NCBI GenBank assembly: GCA_964518425.1 | Contig: CAZFGG010000002.1 | Coordinates: 8,453-72,452 of the forward strand | Direction: 5' to 3' | Origin: an uncultured Gammaproteobacteria bacterium | Lineage (GTDB): Bacteria > Patescibacteriota > Patescibacteriia > SBBC01 > CAIJZX01 | Length of the DNA stretch: 64,000 nt | Shown: piece after piece, positions 28,752-37,726 of the stretch | How positions within the stretch are numbered: position 1 is the stretch's first letter | Layout: each line of letters opens with the position of its first letter | The notes under the pieces: model-generated | Seen by the model: only the letters and a program-made list of their open reading frames with translations | Database searches by the model: none | What the model was told of the DNA's origin: nothing | Program-made: the position numbers and the translations under genes

Positions 28752-30212
28752 TTGCGTCTTATTTTGATCCGAACATTGATGCTACGACGAACAAAAAAAC
28801 GGGTTCTGATTGTCGGCGCCGGTGTGGCTGGTCGAGAGTTAGCAACGGCAATTCAGCGACAATCACGTTCAACCACAGTGGTTGGTTTTCTTGATGACCG
28901 TTTTTCTGGGCGCCGAACCTCTTTTGGTCGCTACCATGCCCTCGGGCGGATTCGTGATTTGGGGGCTGTTGCCCACCGATATCGGGTAGACCAGGTCTAT
29001 ATTGCAATTCCTTCGGCTGAGGGCGGTGTCATCCGCAAAATTATTGCCGCCTGCAGCGATGCGCAAGTCTCCTTCCGTATCGTCCCACGCTTACTCGAAC
29101 TCGTCGAGGGGCATGTTCATCTCGACCAAGTTCGAGACATCCAACCGGAAGACCTCTTGGGCCGGGCAATTATCAAGGGTAACCAGCGGCAACTCCGTCC
29201 GATATTCAGGAATACAACGATCGTTGTGACCGGAGCGGCCGGATCTATCGGATCTGAGCTCTGCCGACAATTGGCGGAGTACCAACCGAAACACCTGATC
29301 GCCATCGACTGGTGGGAAAATGGATTGTATGATTTTGAAAACGAATTACGTCATCACCACCCTCGTTTAAAGTTGACGACAGTCATTGGTAATATCCAGG
29401 ATGAGCAGAGTATGACAGCGATCCTGACTCGGGTTCGTCCGGATATCGTTTTTCATGCCGCGGCTTATAAGCATGTCCCTTTGATGGAACGATTTCCCGC
29501 CCAAGCCATTCAAGACAATATTCTGGGCACATGGCATGTCGCCCAAGCAGCGAAGCGAGCCCGGGTGAAGAAGTTCTTGTTGGTTTCGACCGACAAGGCT
29601 GTTCGACCAACGAGTGTTATGGGCGCCTCAAAAGCCATTGCCGAAATGCTCGTCAGCCGCTTAAATGGAGGAAAAACAAAGTTTGCAGCTGTTCGTTTTG
29701 GTAACGTCTTGGGGAGTAGTGGCAGCGTTATCCCATTGTTCCAAAAACAAATTGCCCGCGGGGGGCCCGTGACACTGACCCACGCGGAGGTTGTTCGTTA
29801 TTTCATGTCTATTCCCGAGGCAGTTCAACTTATCCTTCAAGCTATCCAGTTGATGACGGGCCGAGAGATTTTTGTACTCGATATGGGCGAGCCAGTCAAA
29901 ATCCTTGAATTGGCACGAACGCTAATCAGGCTATCTGGTTATCGCCCGGATAAAGATATTCCGATCGTCTTCACTGGTCTACGACCCGGGGAAAAGCTCT
30001 ACGAAGAGCTGCTGACCGACCAAGAGGGAGTTCGGGCAACAAGAAAATCGAGCCTTTTTATTGCCACCAAACACCAAACGTCTCCGGCCGCCACCAGTAC
30101 TATCCTATCGGAAGCTCAGCGGCTAGCTGCCGACGGATCACTAACCGAGATTCGGGCCTTTCTCAAAAAACATGTTCCCGACTATCGTCCAACTCTTCAC
30201 CCTCATGCGTAA
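28752..30212 (+). CDS. Nucleotide-sugar 4,6-dehydratase / epimerase, CapD/PglF/WbpM family (soluble form)
   Basis: TIVVTGAAGSIGSELCRQL; YxxxK (AAAYKHVPLME). N-terminal CoA-binding-like Rossmann region. No TM segments. Confidence 0.8.
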   Translation: MRLILIRTLMLRRTKKRVLIVGAGVAGRELATAIQRQSRSTTVVGFLDDRFSGRRTSFGRYHALGRIRDLGAVAHRYRVDQVYIAIPSAEGGVIRKIIAACSDAQVSFRIVPRLLELVEGHVHLDQVRDIQPEDLLGRAIIKGNQRQLRPIFRNTTIVVTGAAGSIGSELCRQLAEYQPKHLIAIDWWENGLYDFENELRHHHPRLKLTTVIGNIQDEQSMTAILTRVRPDIVFHAAAYKHVPLMERFPAQAIQDNILGTWHVAQAAKRARVKKFLLVSTDKAVRPTSVMGASKAIAEMLVSRLNGGKTKFAAVRFGNVLGSSGSVIPLFQKQIARGGPVTLTHAEVVRYFMSIPEAVQLILQAIQLMTGREIFVLDMGEPVKILELARTLIRLSGYRPDKDIPIVFTGLRPGEKLYEELLTDQEGVRATRKSSLFIATKHQTSPAATSTILSEAQRLAADGSLTEIRAFLKKHVPDYRPTLHPHA

Positions 30213-31359
30213 CACCTTCCTGCCCTACAATGTACCGTTTATTGGCGACGAAGAAAAACGAGCTGTATTAGAAGTTCTCGAGTCTGGTTGGCTGACAACC
30301 GGGAAAAAAGTCCAGCTTTTTGAAGAAAAAATCAAAACTATCACTGGTGCCAAGTTCGCCGTAGCCATGAACTCTTGCACGGCTGGACTACATCTCTCAT
30401 TAGTCGCCCTGAACATCGGTCCGGGTGACGAAGTGATTGTTCCGGACCTGACGTTCTGCGCCACGGCGAACGTAGTTATTCACACTGGAGCCACCCCGGT
30501 TATTGTTGATGTTACCCGCGATACCTACCATATTGACCCGGCAGCTATTGAACGAGCAATTACCCCAAAAACCAAAGCAATTATTCCGGTCCATTACGCC
30601 GGCCAGGCTTGCGACATGGAAAAAATAATGGCCATCGCAAAAAAACATCACCTTTTTGTAATTGAAGACGCCGCTCATTCAATTGGCGTTACCTATAAGG
30701 ACCAGCAACTTGGAACTCTTGGCACGACAACTTCGTTTAGTTTTTATGTGACCAAGAATGTTACGACCGCTGAGGGCGGTGTCGTGACAACGAATGACGA
30801 AGCGTTGGCCGATCGGATCAGACGACTCACCCTCCACGGCATCAGTCGGGACGCGTGGAAACGATACAGTGCTGAAGGGACGTGGTATTATGAGGTTCTT
30901 GAACCAGGTTGGAAGTGCAACCTGACCGACTTGGCTGCGGCCGTGGGTATTCCGCAGTTGGATCGCATTCCGGATTTTTACCAACGCCGATCCGAAATTG
31001 CCGATATGTTAACAAAAGGACTGGCTGGCCTGAAAGGAATTTCGACACCAAAAACTCGTCCTGACACTTCTAACATTTGGCATTTGTATGTTATTGAGAT
31101 TGACGAGAAAGAAGCGAGGCTTAGTCGCGACCGCTTGATCGACGAATTAAAAAAGCGGAATATTGGCACGAGCGTCCACTTTATCCCCCTTCATCGTCAT
31201 CCAGCATACCGTCCATATGTTACATCACTGGATCAATTTCCGATTTCCGAAAAAGTCTTCCAACGAATTGTTTCCCTCCCGCTCTATCCGAAGATGACGG
31301 TTCAAGATACGCAGGACGTGATCGACGCTCTTCGCGACACACTCACATCTCATGCATGA
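30202..31359 (+). CDS. DegT/DnrJ/EryC1/StrS-family PLP-dependent sugar aminotransferase
   Basis: Start at MRNTFLPYNVPFIGDEEKRAVLEVLESGWLTTG. PLP-lysine region (FSFYVTKNVTTAEGG). Likely 4-aminotransferase partner of the upstream dehydratase. Confidence 0.85.
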   Translation, partial: LMRNTFLPYNVPFIGDEEKRAVLEVLESGWLTTGKKVQLFEEKIKTITGAKFAVAMNSCTAGLHLSLVALNIGPGDEVIVPDLTFCATANVVIHTGATPVIVDVTRDTYHIDPAAIERAITPKTKAIIPVHYAGQACDMEKIMAIAKKHHLFVIEDAAHSIGVTYKDQQLGTLGTTTSFSFYVTKNVTTAEGGVVTTNDEALADRIRRLTLHGISRDAWKRYSAEGTWYYEVLEPGWKCNLTDLAAAVGIPQLDRIPDFYQRRSEIADMLTKGLAGLKGISTPKTRPDTSNIWHLYVIEIDEKEARLSRDRLIDELKKRNIGTSVHFIPLHRHPAYRPYVTSLDQFPISEKVFQRIVSLPLYPKMTVQDTQDVIDALRDTLTSHA

Positions 31360-32480
31360 ATAGGCGGCTGAGGATTCTGTTTCTTGCTGATGGCCGGAGC
31401 ATACATACCAAGCGATGGGTCGGATATTTTGCTCAACGGCACGATGTTCTGCTTCTCAGTTCTCCACCATTGGCGGGAATGACGTGGGATCGCCCCGATA
31501 TTCGACTCGCCCGAGGGTCCGAAGATAGCATCATCCCCAAAATTAACAGTCTACGGGTATGGTGGTATATCCAAAAACTCATCAGGTCATTTCGGCCAGA
31601 TCTCATTCACGCCCACTATCTTATTCCCAACGCCTGGCTTGCGGCGGCCAGCGGTTTTCGGCCATTCGTGACAACAACGTGGGGAAGTGATCTTCTGGGA
31701 GTAACTGGATTTGCTTTGTGGCTTAATCGCTGGGCGACATGTCGCGCCGACTTGAATACTGTCGATTCAAATGAAGCAGTGGAACACCTTCTCAAACTAC
31801 ACTGTGATCGAGATAAAATTGTGCTCATTCAATTTGGAGTAGATACAGACTTTTTTTGTCCTGGGCCAGTCGTACATAATCTACGCCGGGAATGGGGCAT
31901 TCCGGACGAAGCTGAAATTATTGTGAGCCCAAGAATACTCAGCCCTCTGTATAACGGTCAGACCATCGCCGAGGCTTTCTGCCGTTTGGCTAGTGAACGT
32001 TCAAAAGCATATCTGGTTTTCCTGGCTTATAACGCTGATCCCCAATACCAAAATCATGTGAAGGCCACGTTACAGACGAAGGGCCTTCTTGACCGCGTAC
32101 GTTTCGTTCCGGGTTTAGCTCATCAAGCAATGCCTGATCTTTATCGGACCGCCTCAGCCATTGTTTCGGTACCAAGTTCTGATACCACGCCCGTAACCTT
32201 ATTGGAGGCAATGGCTACTGGATCACCGGTTATTGTCAGTAGTTTGCCCAGCTTGCATGAATGGATACACGATCGTAAAAACGGTTGGATTGTGCCCCCG
32301 AAAAATTCGGCGGCGTTATTTATCGCTCTACGAGAAGCCCTCGATCAAAAGGTTTCCGAGCGCCAGGGTATGAGTACCGCCAATCGGCAAGTCGTTCAAG
32401 AACGCGCCAGCCAACAGGCGCAAATGGCTCTGATGGAAGCCCAGTATTATCGTTTAGTCGACCGTGCGCTAAAACGTTGA
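31356..32480 (+). CDS. Family 4 glycosyltransferase
   Basis: GT-B fold. Conserved E-x7-E region (LLEAMATGSPVIVSSLPSLHEWI). Confidence 0.7.
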   Translation: MNRRLRILFLADGRSIHTKRWVGYFAQRHDVLLLSSPPLAGMTWDRPDIRLARGSEDSIIPKINSLRVWWYIQKLIRSFRPDLIHAHYLIPNAWLAAASGFRPFVTTTWGSDLLGVTGFALWLNRWATCRADLNTVDSNEAVEHLLKLHCDRDKIVLIQFGVDTDFFCPGPVVHNLRREWGIPDEAEIIVSPRILSPLYNGQTIAEAFCRLASERSKAYLVFLAYNADPQYQNHVKATLQTKGLLDRVRFVPGLAHQAMPDLYRTASAIVSVPSSDTTPVTLLEAMATGSPVIVSSLPSLHEWIHDRKNGWIVPPKNSAALFIALREALDQKVSERQGMSTANRQVVQERASQQAQMALMEAQYYRLVDRALKR

Positions 32481-33676
32481 AGAGCTTCTTGATAGACACT
32501 GGAGTAGCGCTGGGCGATCGCCTGAGATGACAAGGCATCCGCTCCGACCCGCTGATTATGTGCCGAGAGCTTTCGCCGTACTTCAGGGTTATTCGCGATT
32601 TCTACAAAGCAGTCGGCCATTCCCGCGATATCGTTCGGAGGAAACCCAAGACCGCAGCCAATATCAAGATATTGGCTTTGACTGGGGTGAGTGGAGATAA
32701 TTAATGCTAGGCCACAGGCAACGGCCTGAGACATGCTAATCGTAGGAAATAACGGCCAGGTGGCTGCATCGCTGGCCGCAAAATATTCTGCTAAAGCCGC
32801 TTCCGTCGTTAGCGGCAGCCAGGTAATGTGGGATTCCAGCCCCATTCTGGCCGCGGTTTTTTGAAGATAGTGTAGGTACTGCTCCTGACCGCTACCGATA
32901 AGTAGTAACCGCAGTTGCGGGGCGCGAGCGACTGCAGAATGGAGACCACGAATGACGTCTACGTGACGTTTAAAGGGTTGTAAGTTCCCACTCATGACAA
33001 GCACTATGTCCTGGTCTGAAAAACCAAGCTCGGAACGGCGGCGAATTCGAGCGATTGGGTCTGGGTGAAAAATATCGGTTCGAACGGCCAGGGGGATAAC
33101 GGTTACGCGACTGGGATCAATTCCATGCCGCTGTGCTAAGAATCTAGCTCCTCCATTCGTCGGGCTGACAATAGCGTCGAACTGGCGATAAGCCAAATTC
33201 ACGATATGTTGTCTGACCAAACGATATTCCAATTCCACTAACGGTTTGCCAGTGAACGAAATTGTATACTGGTGTTGATCAATAACTACTGGGGTATGGG
33301 CACTGACTTCTATAGCTACTTGTGCCGGTAATCCATGGGCCGGTTCGTGGAGATGCCAGAGGTCAGCCGGGATTCGAGAAACGGCTTCGCGAACCCCTTG
33401 GCACCAATACAGATCGGCGTAGTGCCAGAGCGGTCGGAGACGCAAAATATGAAGGCCATCCAGATGCTGTTCCTCGCGGCGAAGTGCGTGGGCATGATCT
33501 CGAGTTGGATCAATTTTCTGAATCGCATCAACCCAGCTTGATGGTCCAATTTGCGCAGCTAAAATGGTCACCTCGTGCCCTTGAGCAACTTGGGCAGTAG
33601 CTAACATTTGTTCCTTATGGCTAAGACCGTAACCGAGAAACCCGCTGGTGACGTGGACGATGCGCATGAATTTCAA
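32447..33676 (-). CDS. Family 4 glycosyltransferase (single minus-strand gene inside the plus-strand block)
   Basis: GT4 motifs (GSGQEQ..., PSQSQ..). Convergent 34-nt overlap with the upstream GT4. Confidence 0.7.
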   Translation of the reverse strand: MKFMRIVHVTSGFLGYGLSHKEQMLATAQVAQGHEVTILAAQIGPSSWVDAIQKIDPTRDHAHALRREEQHLDGLHILRLRPLWHYADLYWCQGVREAVSRIPADLWHLHEPAHGLPAQVAIEVSAHTPVVIDQHQYTISFTGKPLVELEYRLVRQHIVNLAYRQFDAIVSPTNGGARFLAQRHGIDPSRVTVIPLAVRTDIFHPDPIARIRRRSELGFSDQDIVLVMSGNLQPFKRHVDVIRGLHSAVARAPQLRLLLIGSGQEQYLHYLQKTAARMGLESHITWLPLTTEAALAEYFAASDAATWPLFPTISMSQAVACGLALIISTHPSQSQYLDIGCGLGFPPNDIAGMADCFVEIANNPEVRRKLSAHNQRVGADALSSQAIAQRYSSVYQEALQRFSARSTKR

Positions 33677-33742
33677 AAGTGAAAGAAAATTCCCGGGCAG
33701 TATAGCGCTTTATCCTTCTCGGGTAAAGTCCTTATAGAGTGG

Positions 33743-33771
33743 TTGACGAAAATGCTACATGTCTGTAGTAT
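33743..33771 (+). promoter_or_regulatory. Sigma70-type promoter TTGACG-N17-TAGTAT in the divergent region upstream of the methyltransferase gene
   Basis: TTGACG at 33743-33748, 17-nt spacer, TAGTAT at 33766-33771, 24 nt before the ATG at 33796. Confidence 0.4.
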
Positions 33772-33795
33772 GTCAGAGGCTATCAAACTTTTGAC

Positions 33796-34662
33796 ATGAC
33801 CATGGAAACCATTTCTTGTAATTACTGTGGCAGCCCCGAGGCAGAGGTACTCGCCACCGAAACCGCCGCTCTCAATCTCCAACCCCCTTTCGCCGTTGTG
33901 CGTTGTCGACGCTGCGGTTTGATGTTTATGAACCCGCGTATGACTTCTGAAGAGTATAAACACTATTACTCATCTCAGTATTTTGAAGATGAGTTTGATT
34001 ACGGCGATATTGTCCAGGGTGAGCGAATTCCTAAATTTTCCCGACGACTACAACAAATGGCCAAGTGGAAACCAGGACGTGGAAAATTACTCGACGTTGG
34101 AACGGCGACTGGTGAGTTTCTTGATCAAGCTCGTCGAGACGGTTGGCAAGTTTTTGGCACAGAGGTATCAGAATATGCTGCGGGTGTGGCCAAAAATAAG
34201 TTTCAGTTAGATTTGTATGTCGGCCAAGTTGAACATTCTTCTTATGCTGAAAAATCTTTCGATATTATTCACATGAGTCATGTTCTCGAGCATGTGCCAG
34301 ATCCACGAGCGACGCTCAAGGCTTTATACCGACTGTTAAAAGATGATGGCTTGTTGATCATAGAAGTGCCGTTTGAATTGCATAACAGTTTTGTATGGAT
34401 GGCCCAGCATACCGGACGTTTTCGTCCGCCTCAGCACGCATCAATGCACCACACATACTTCTATACCCCTCAGAGCTTAAAAAAATTGATGGTGGCCGAA
34501 CATTTTTCTCCTCGGATTCGGACATATTCATTAGATATTCCATCCCGAGCTCTACCAGCTTGGACTCGGTTGGGCACTGGGTTGGTCATTGATATAGTTG
34601 ATCATCTTGGCGGTGGATTATATATTGAAACTTTAGCGACCAAGGTTCATCAAGCGAAATAG
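33796..34662 (+). CDS. Class I SAM-dependent methyltransferase with N-terminal Cys4 zinc ribbon (paralog of 27772-28674)
   Basis: CNYCGSPEA...RCRRCGLMFMNP, then LLDVGTATGEFLDQARRDGWQVFGTEVS. Confidence 0.7.
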   Translation: MTMETISCNYCGSPEAEVLATETAALNLQPPFAVVRCRRCGLMFMNPRMTSEEYKHYYSSQYFEDEFDYGDIVQGERIPKFSRRLQQMAKWKPGRGKLLDVGTATGEFLDQARRDGWQVFGTEVSEYAAGVAKNKFQLDLYVGQVEHSSYAEKSFDIIHMSHVLEHVPDPRATLKALYRLLKDDGLLIIEVPFELHNSFVWMAQHTGRFRPPQHASMHHTYFYTPQSLKKLMVAEHFSPRIRTYSLDIPSRALPAWTRLGTGLVIDIVDHLGGGLYIETLATKVHQAK

Positions 34663-34664
34663 CC

Positions 34665-36527
34665 ATGTGTGGCATCTGCGGTATCGTCGGTCTGAAAGAC
34701 AGCACGATTGATCGCAATGTTTTAGGACGGATGTCACAAGCCATCGCCCACCGCGGTCCAGATGACCAGGGCGAGTTTGTCGCGCCTGGAATCGGTTTAG
34801 GGTTTCGCCGCCTAGCTATTTTAGATCTGTCGCCATCAGGACATCAACCGATGACCAACCCTAAGCAGACTGTTTGGGTGACGCTGAATGGTGAAATTTA
34901 CAACTTTCAAGAACTGCGCGAAGATTTGAAGCAACGCGGCTATTCCTTTCGATCGGGATCCGACACGGAAGTCATTGTCCATGGTTATGAAGCTGAAGGG
35001 GAAAAATTTATTGAGCGATTAGCTGGAATGTTTGCCCTGGCGATTTGGGATGTCCGGCAACAACGACTGGTCTTAGCGCGAGATCGTTTTGGAAAAAAAC
35101 CAATTATGTATGCGGTTCGTGACGAAAAGTTATTCTACGCATCAGAATTGGAAGCACTACGCAAAGGACTTCCTGATTTGTCGATTGATCCGTTGGCTGT
35201 TCAAGAATATTTCCGCTTCGGATTCATCCCCCATCCGCGGACAATTTACCAAGGCGTTTCCCAGTTGCCTCCAGCGCACTTGGTCATCTGGCAGGGTGGG
35301 CAATTGTCCATCAAGCCGTATTGGAAGTTGTCAATGGAGAAACAAGAACGTAGTGAGACGGAAGCAAAATCCGAATTGGATCGCTTGCTACGCCAGGCTG
35401 TTCGCCAACGTATGATCAGTGACGTCCCGCTTGGCGTTTTCTTAAGCGGCGGACTTGATTCGTCGATTATCACGGCTCTCATGGCCAATGAATCTTCTTC
35501 CCCGGTCAAAACATTTTCCATTGGATTCCCTGACGAAAGCCACAATGAACTGCCATTGGCGCGCTTGGTGGCAAAAAAATATGGGACTGATCACCATGAA
35601 TTCATGGTCGAGCCAAAAGTTGATGATGTCTTGCCAGGCTTGATGCGGCACTTCGGGCAACCATTCGCTGATTCTTCAGCCGTGGCGGTCTGGTACGTCG
35701 CTCGCGAAACACGGCAACATGTGACCGTGGCCCTCAACGGCGACGGCGGGGATGAAAACTTTGCCGGCTACGAAAAGTATGCTTTGCTGAGCCAGTTACA
35801 AAAATGGGGTGTGCTGCCGAAACCCATCCGCCAAGCCCTTTGGTCGGTGGCTCGGCCATTACTTGAAAGAACTAACATTCAGGCGGCCCACAAATTCCAA
35901 GTCGCCGGACAATTCTTCGCCGATGACCTAGTCGGGCGCTACATCGACAGCATGTTTATGTTTACCTCCAGCGAATTATCTAACTTATTACCGTTGGCTT
36001 TGCCAAATCGTGCGAATCAACTCGTTGAAGACCGATTGCGAGGATTGCCTTCCGACGCCAGCTTGATCGACAACGTTACTGCCCTCGATCTGCGTTTCTA
36101 CTTACCCGATGGTTTGATGACGAAAGCAGACATTGCTACGATGGCCAATTCACTCGAAGGCCGTTCGCCCTTCCTCGACCACCGTTTGGTTGAATTCACG
36201 GCCACCTTGCAGGATAATTTCAAAATCCGTGCTGGCCAACGGAAGTGGCTACTGCGTGAAACTTTTGGCCATCTCTTGCCGTCTGAACTACTAACCGCTA
36301 AGAAGCGCGGATTTGATTTACCAGTCAACCAATGGCTGAAGCAACCATTGTTACCCTACCTCCGATCTCGACTCAACGACCCACAGCTCCGTCAAACGAC
36401 CATGTTCAATTGGACGTACATCGACCGCCTGATCGATGAACATGCTTCCGGGCGGCGCCATCACGGCATTCGTCTATGGTCGCTTCTCTGCTTTGCCGTT
36501 TGGTACACTGACGTCTACCAATCATGA
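34665..36527 (+). CDS. asnB: Asparagine synthase (glutamine-hydrolysing) family amidotransferase
   Basis: N-terminal nucleophile MCGICGIVG; PP-loop SGGLDSS. 620 aa. Inside the glycan locus, so probably an amidation step such as WbpS-type uronamide formation. Confidence 0.8.
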   Translation: MCGICGIVGLKDSTIDRNVLGRMSQAIAHRGPDDQGEFVAPGIGLGFRRLAILDLSPSGHQPMTNPKQTVWVTLNGEIYNFQELREDLKQRGYSFRSGSDTEVIVHGYEAEGEKFIERLAGMFALAIWDVRQQRLVLARDRFGKKPIMYAVRDEKLFYASELEALRKGLPDLSIDPLAVQEYFRFGFIPHPRTIYQGVSQLPPAHLVIWQGGQLSIKPYWKLSMEKQERSETEAKSELDRLLRQAVRQRMISDVPLGVFLSGGLDSSIITALMANESSSPVKTFSIGFPDESHNELPLARLVAKKYGTDHHEFMVEPKVDDVLPGLMRHFGQPFADSSAVAVWYVARETRQHVTVALNGDGGDENFAGYEKYALLSQLQKWGVLPKPIRQALWSVARPLLERTNIQAAHKFQVAGQFFADDLVGRYIDSMFMFTSSELSNLLPLALPNRANQLVEDRLRGLPSDASLIDNVTALDLRFYLPDGLMTKADIATMANSLEGRSPFLDHRLVEFTATLQDNFKIRAGQRKWLLRETFGHLLPSELLTAKKRGFDLPVNQWLKQPLLPYLRSRLNDPQLRQTTMFNWTYIDRLIDEHASGRRHHGIRLWSLLCFAVWYTDVYQS

Positions 36528-37726
36528 AAGCGCCACGGATTGCCATGCTGATTGAGCGGTACACTCCGCTGATCGGCGGATCGGAGACGCAATGCCGTTT
36601 ACTCGTTCAAGCTCTTCACCGAGCCAATGTCTCGGTTTGTGTCATCACTCGACGGGTTCGCGCTGACACAAAATCTCATGAACAACTTGATGGCGTTGAT
36701 GTTTACCGGCTTTGGCCTAGCGGCGTTGGTCGCGTTTGGAAAGAGCTTGGTTTTTTACTTTCCGTCACCGTCGCGCTCATCCGTTTCCGCTATCGTTATG
36801 ACATCATTCACATGCACAGCGGCACGTCGATTGTCGGCGCATGGACGGTCATTCTAGCAAAGCTTCTCAGAAAGAAGACTATAGTTAAAGTCGCGACCGC
36901 TGGCGATATTGCCAAGAATCAAATTGAAACAACCGCACAGTCGACAAGCCGCCCGTCATTATTCCATCGACTCATGAACCTCAACATAAACTGGGCCCTC
37001 CGCCGGGCTGATCAAATTTTGTGCATTAGTCAGGAGATACGCGCCGAGTTACTGACCCACCACTTCTCATCCGAGCAACTGCTTGTACTGCCCAATGCAA
37101 TTGACACCGAGCACTTTCGGCCCGGAGGCAATCGTCAGGCATTGCGACAGCAGCTAGGTTTGCCGGCCGAAAAAAAGTTTGTCCTTTATACTGGGCGCTT
37201 GATCCACCGCAAAGGCGTTGACGTTTTACTCAAGGCGTGGGACACTATGCCCGATCTATGGGCCGATGCCCGGTTGATTCTAGTTGGCGGACAAGCTGCT
37301 AGCCTCGATGCAGTTGAGAGCGACTTGCGCCTCTATGTTCAGCAAAACGGCCTGAGTCAAAGCGTGGTATTCGCCGGTGAGACAACCGATACCCTGTCCT
37401 ACCTACAAGCCTCGGATATCTTCGTCTTTCCCTCCCGTCGCGAAGGTTTATCCAACTCCTTACTGGAGGCCATGAGCGCCGGCCTGCCGTCGGTGGTCAC
37501 ATCTATTGGTGGAAATATTGACCTTATTATCGATCGACAGAACGGCTTGCTTGTCCCTAGCGACAATGCTGAAGCCCTGGCCGACGCGCTACGACGCCTA
37601 CTAACTGATCAGCCTATGGCGGCCAAGCTTGGACTAGCCGCCCGCCAAACAATGGTCAACACTTTTTCTCTCAGCCGCATCTTGCCTCAACTACAATCCA
37701 TCTACGCCTCACTTCTGCATGAATAA
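36524..37726 (+). CDS. Family 4 glycosyltransferase
   Basis: GT-B fold with EGLSNSLLEAMSAGLPSVVTSIGG motif. Confidence 0.75.
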   Translation: MKAPRIAMLIERYTPLIGGSETQCRLLVQALHRANVSVCVITRRVRADTKSHEQLDGVDVYRLWPSGVGRVWKELGFLLSVTVALIRFRYRYDIIHMHSGTSIVGAWTVILAKLLRKKTIVKVATAGDIAKNQIETTAQSTSRPSLFHRLMNLNINWALRRADQILCISQEIRAELLTHHFSSEQLLVLPNAIDTEHFRPGGNRQALRQQLGLPAEKKFVLYTGRLIHRKGVDVLLKAWDTMPDLWADARLILVGGQAASLDAVESDLRLYVQQNGLSQSVVFAGETTDTLSYLQASDIFVFPSRREGLSNSLLEAMSAGLPSVVTSIGGNIDLIIDRQNGLLVPSDNAEALADALRRLLTDQPMAAKLGLAARQTMVNTFSLSRILPQLQSIYASLLHE

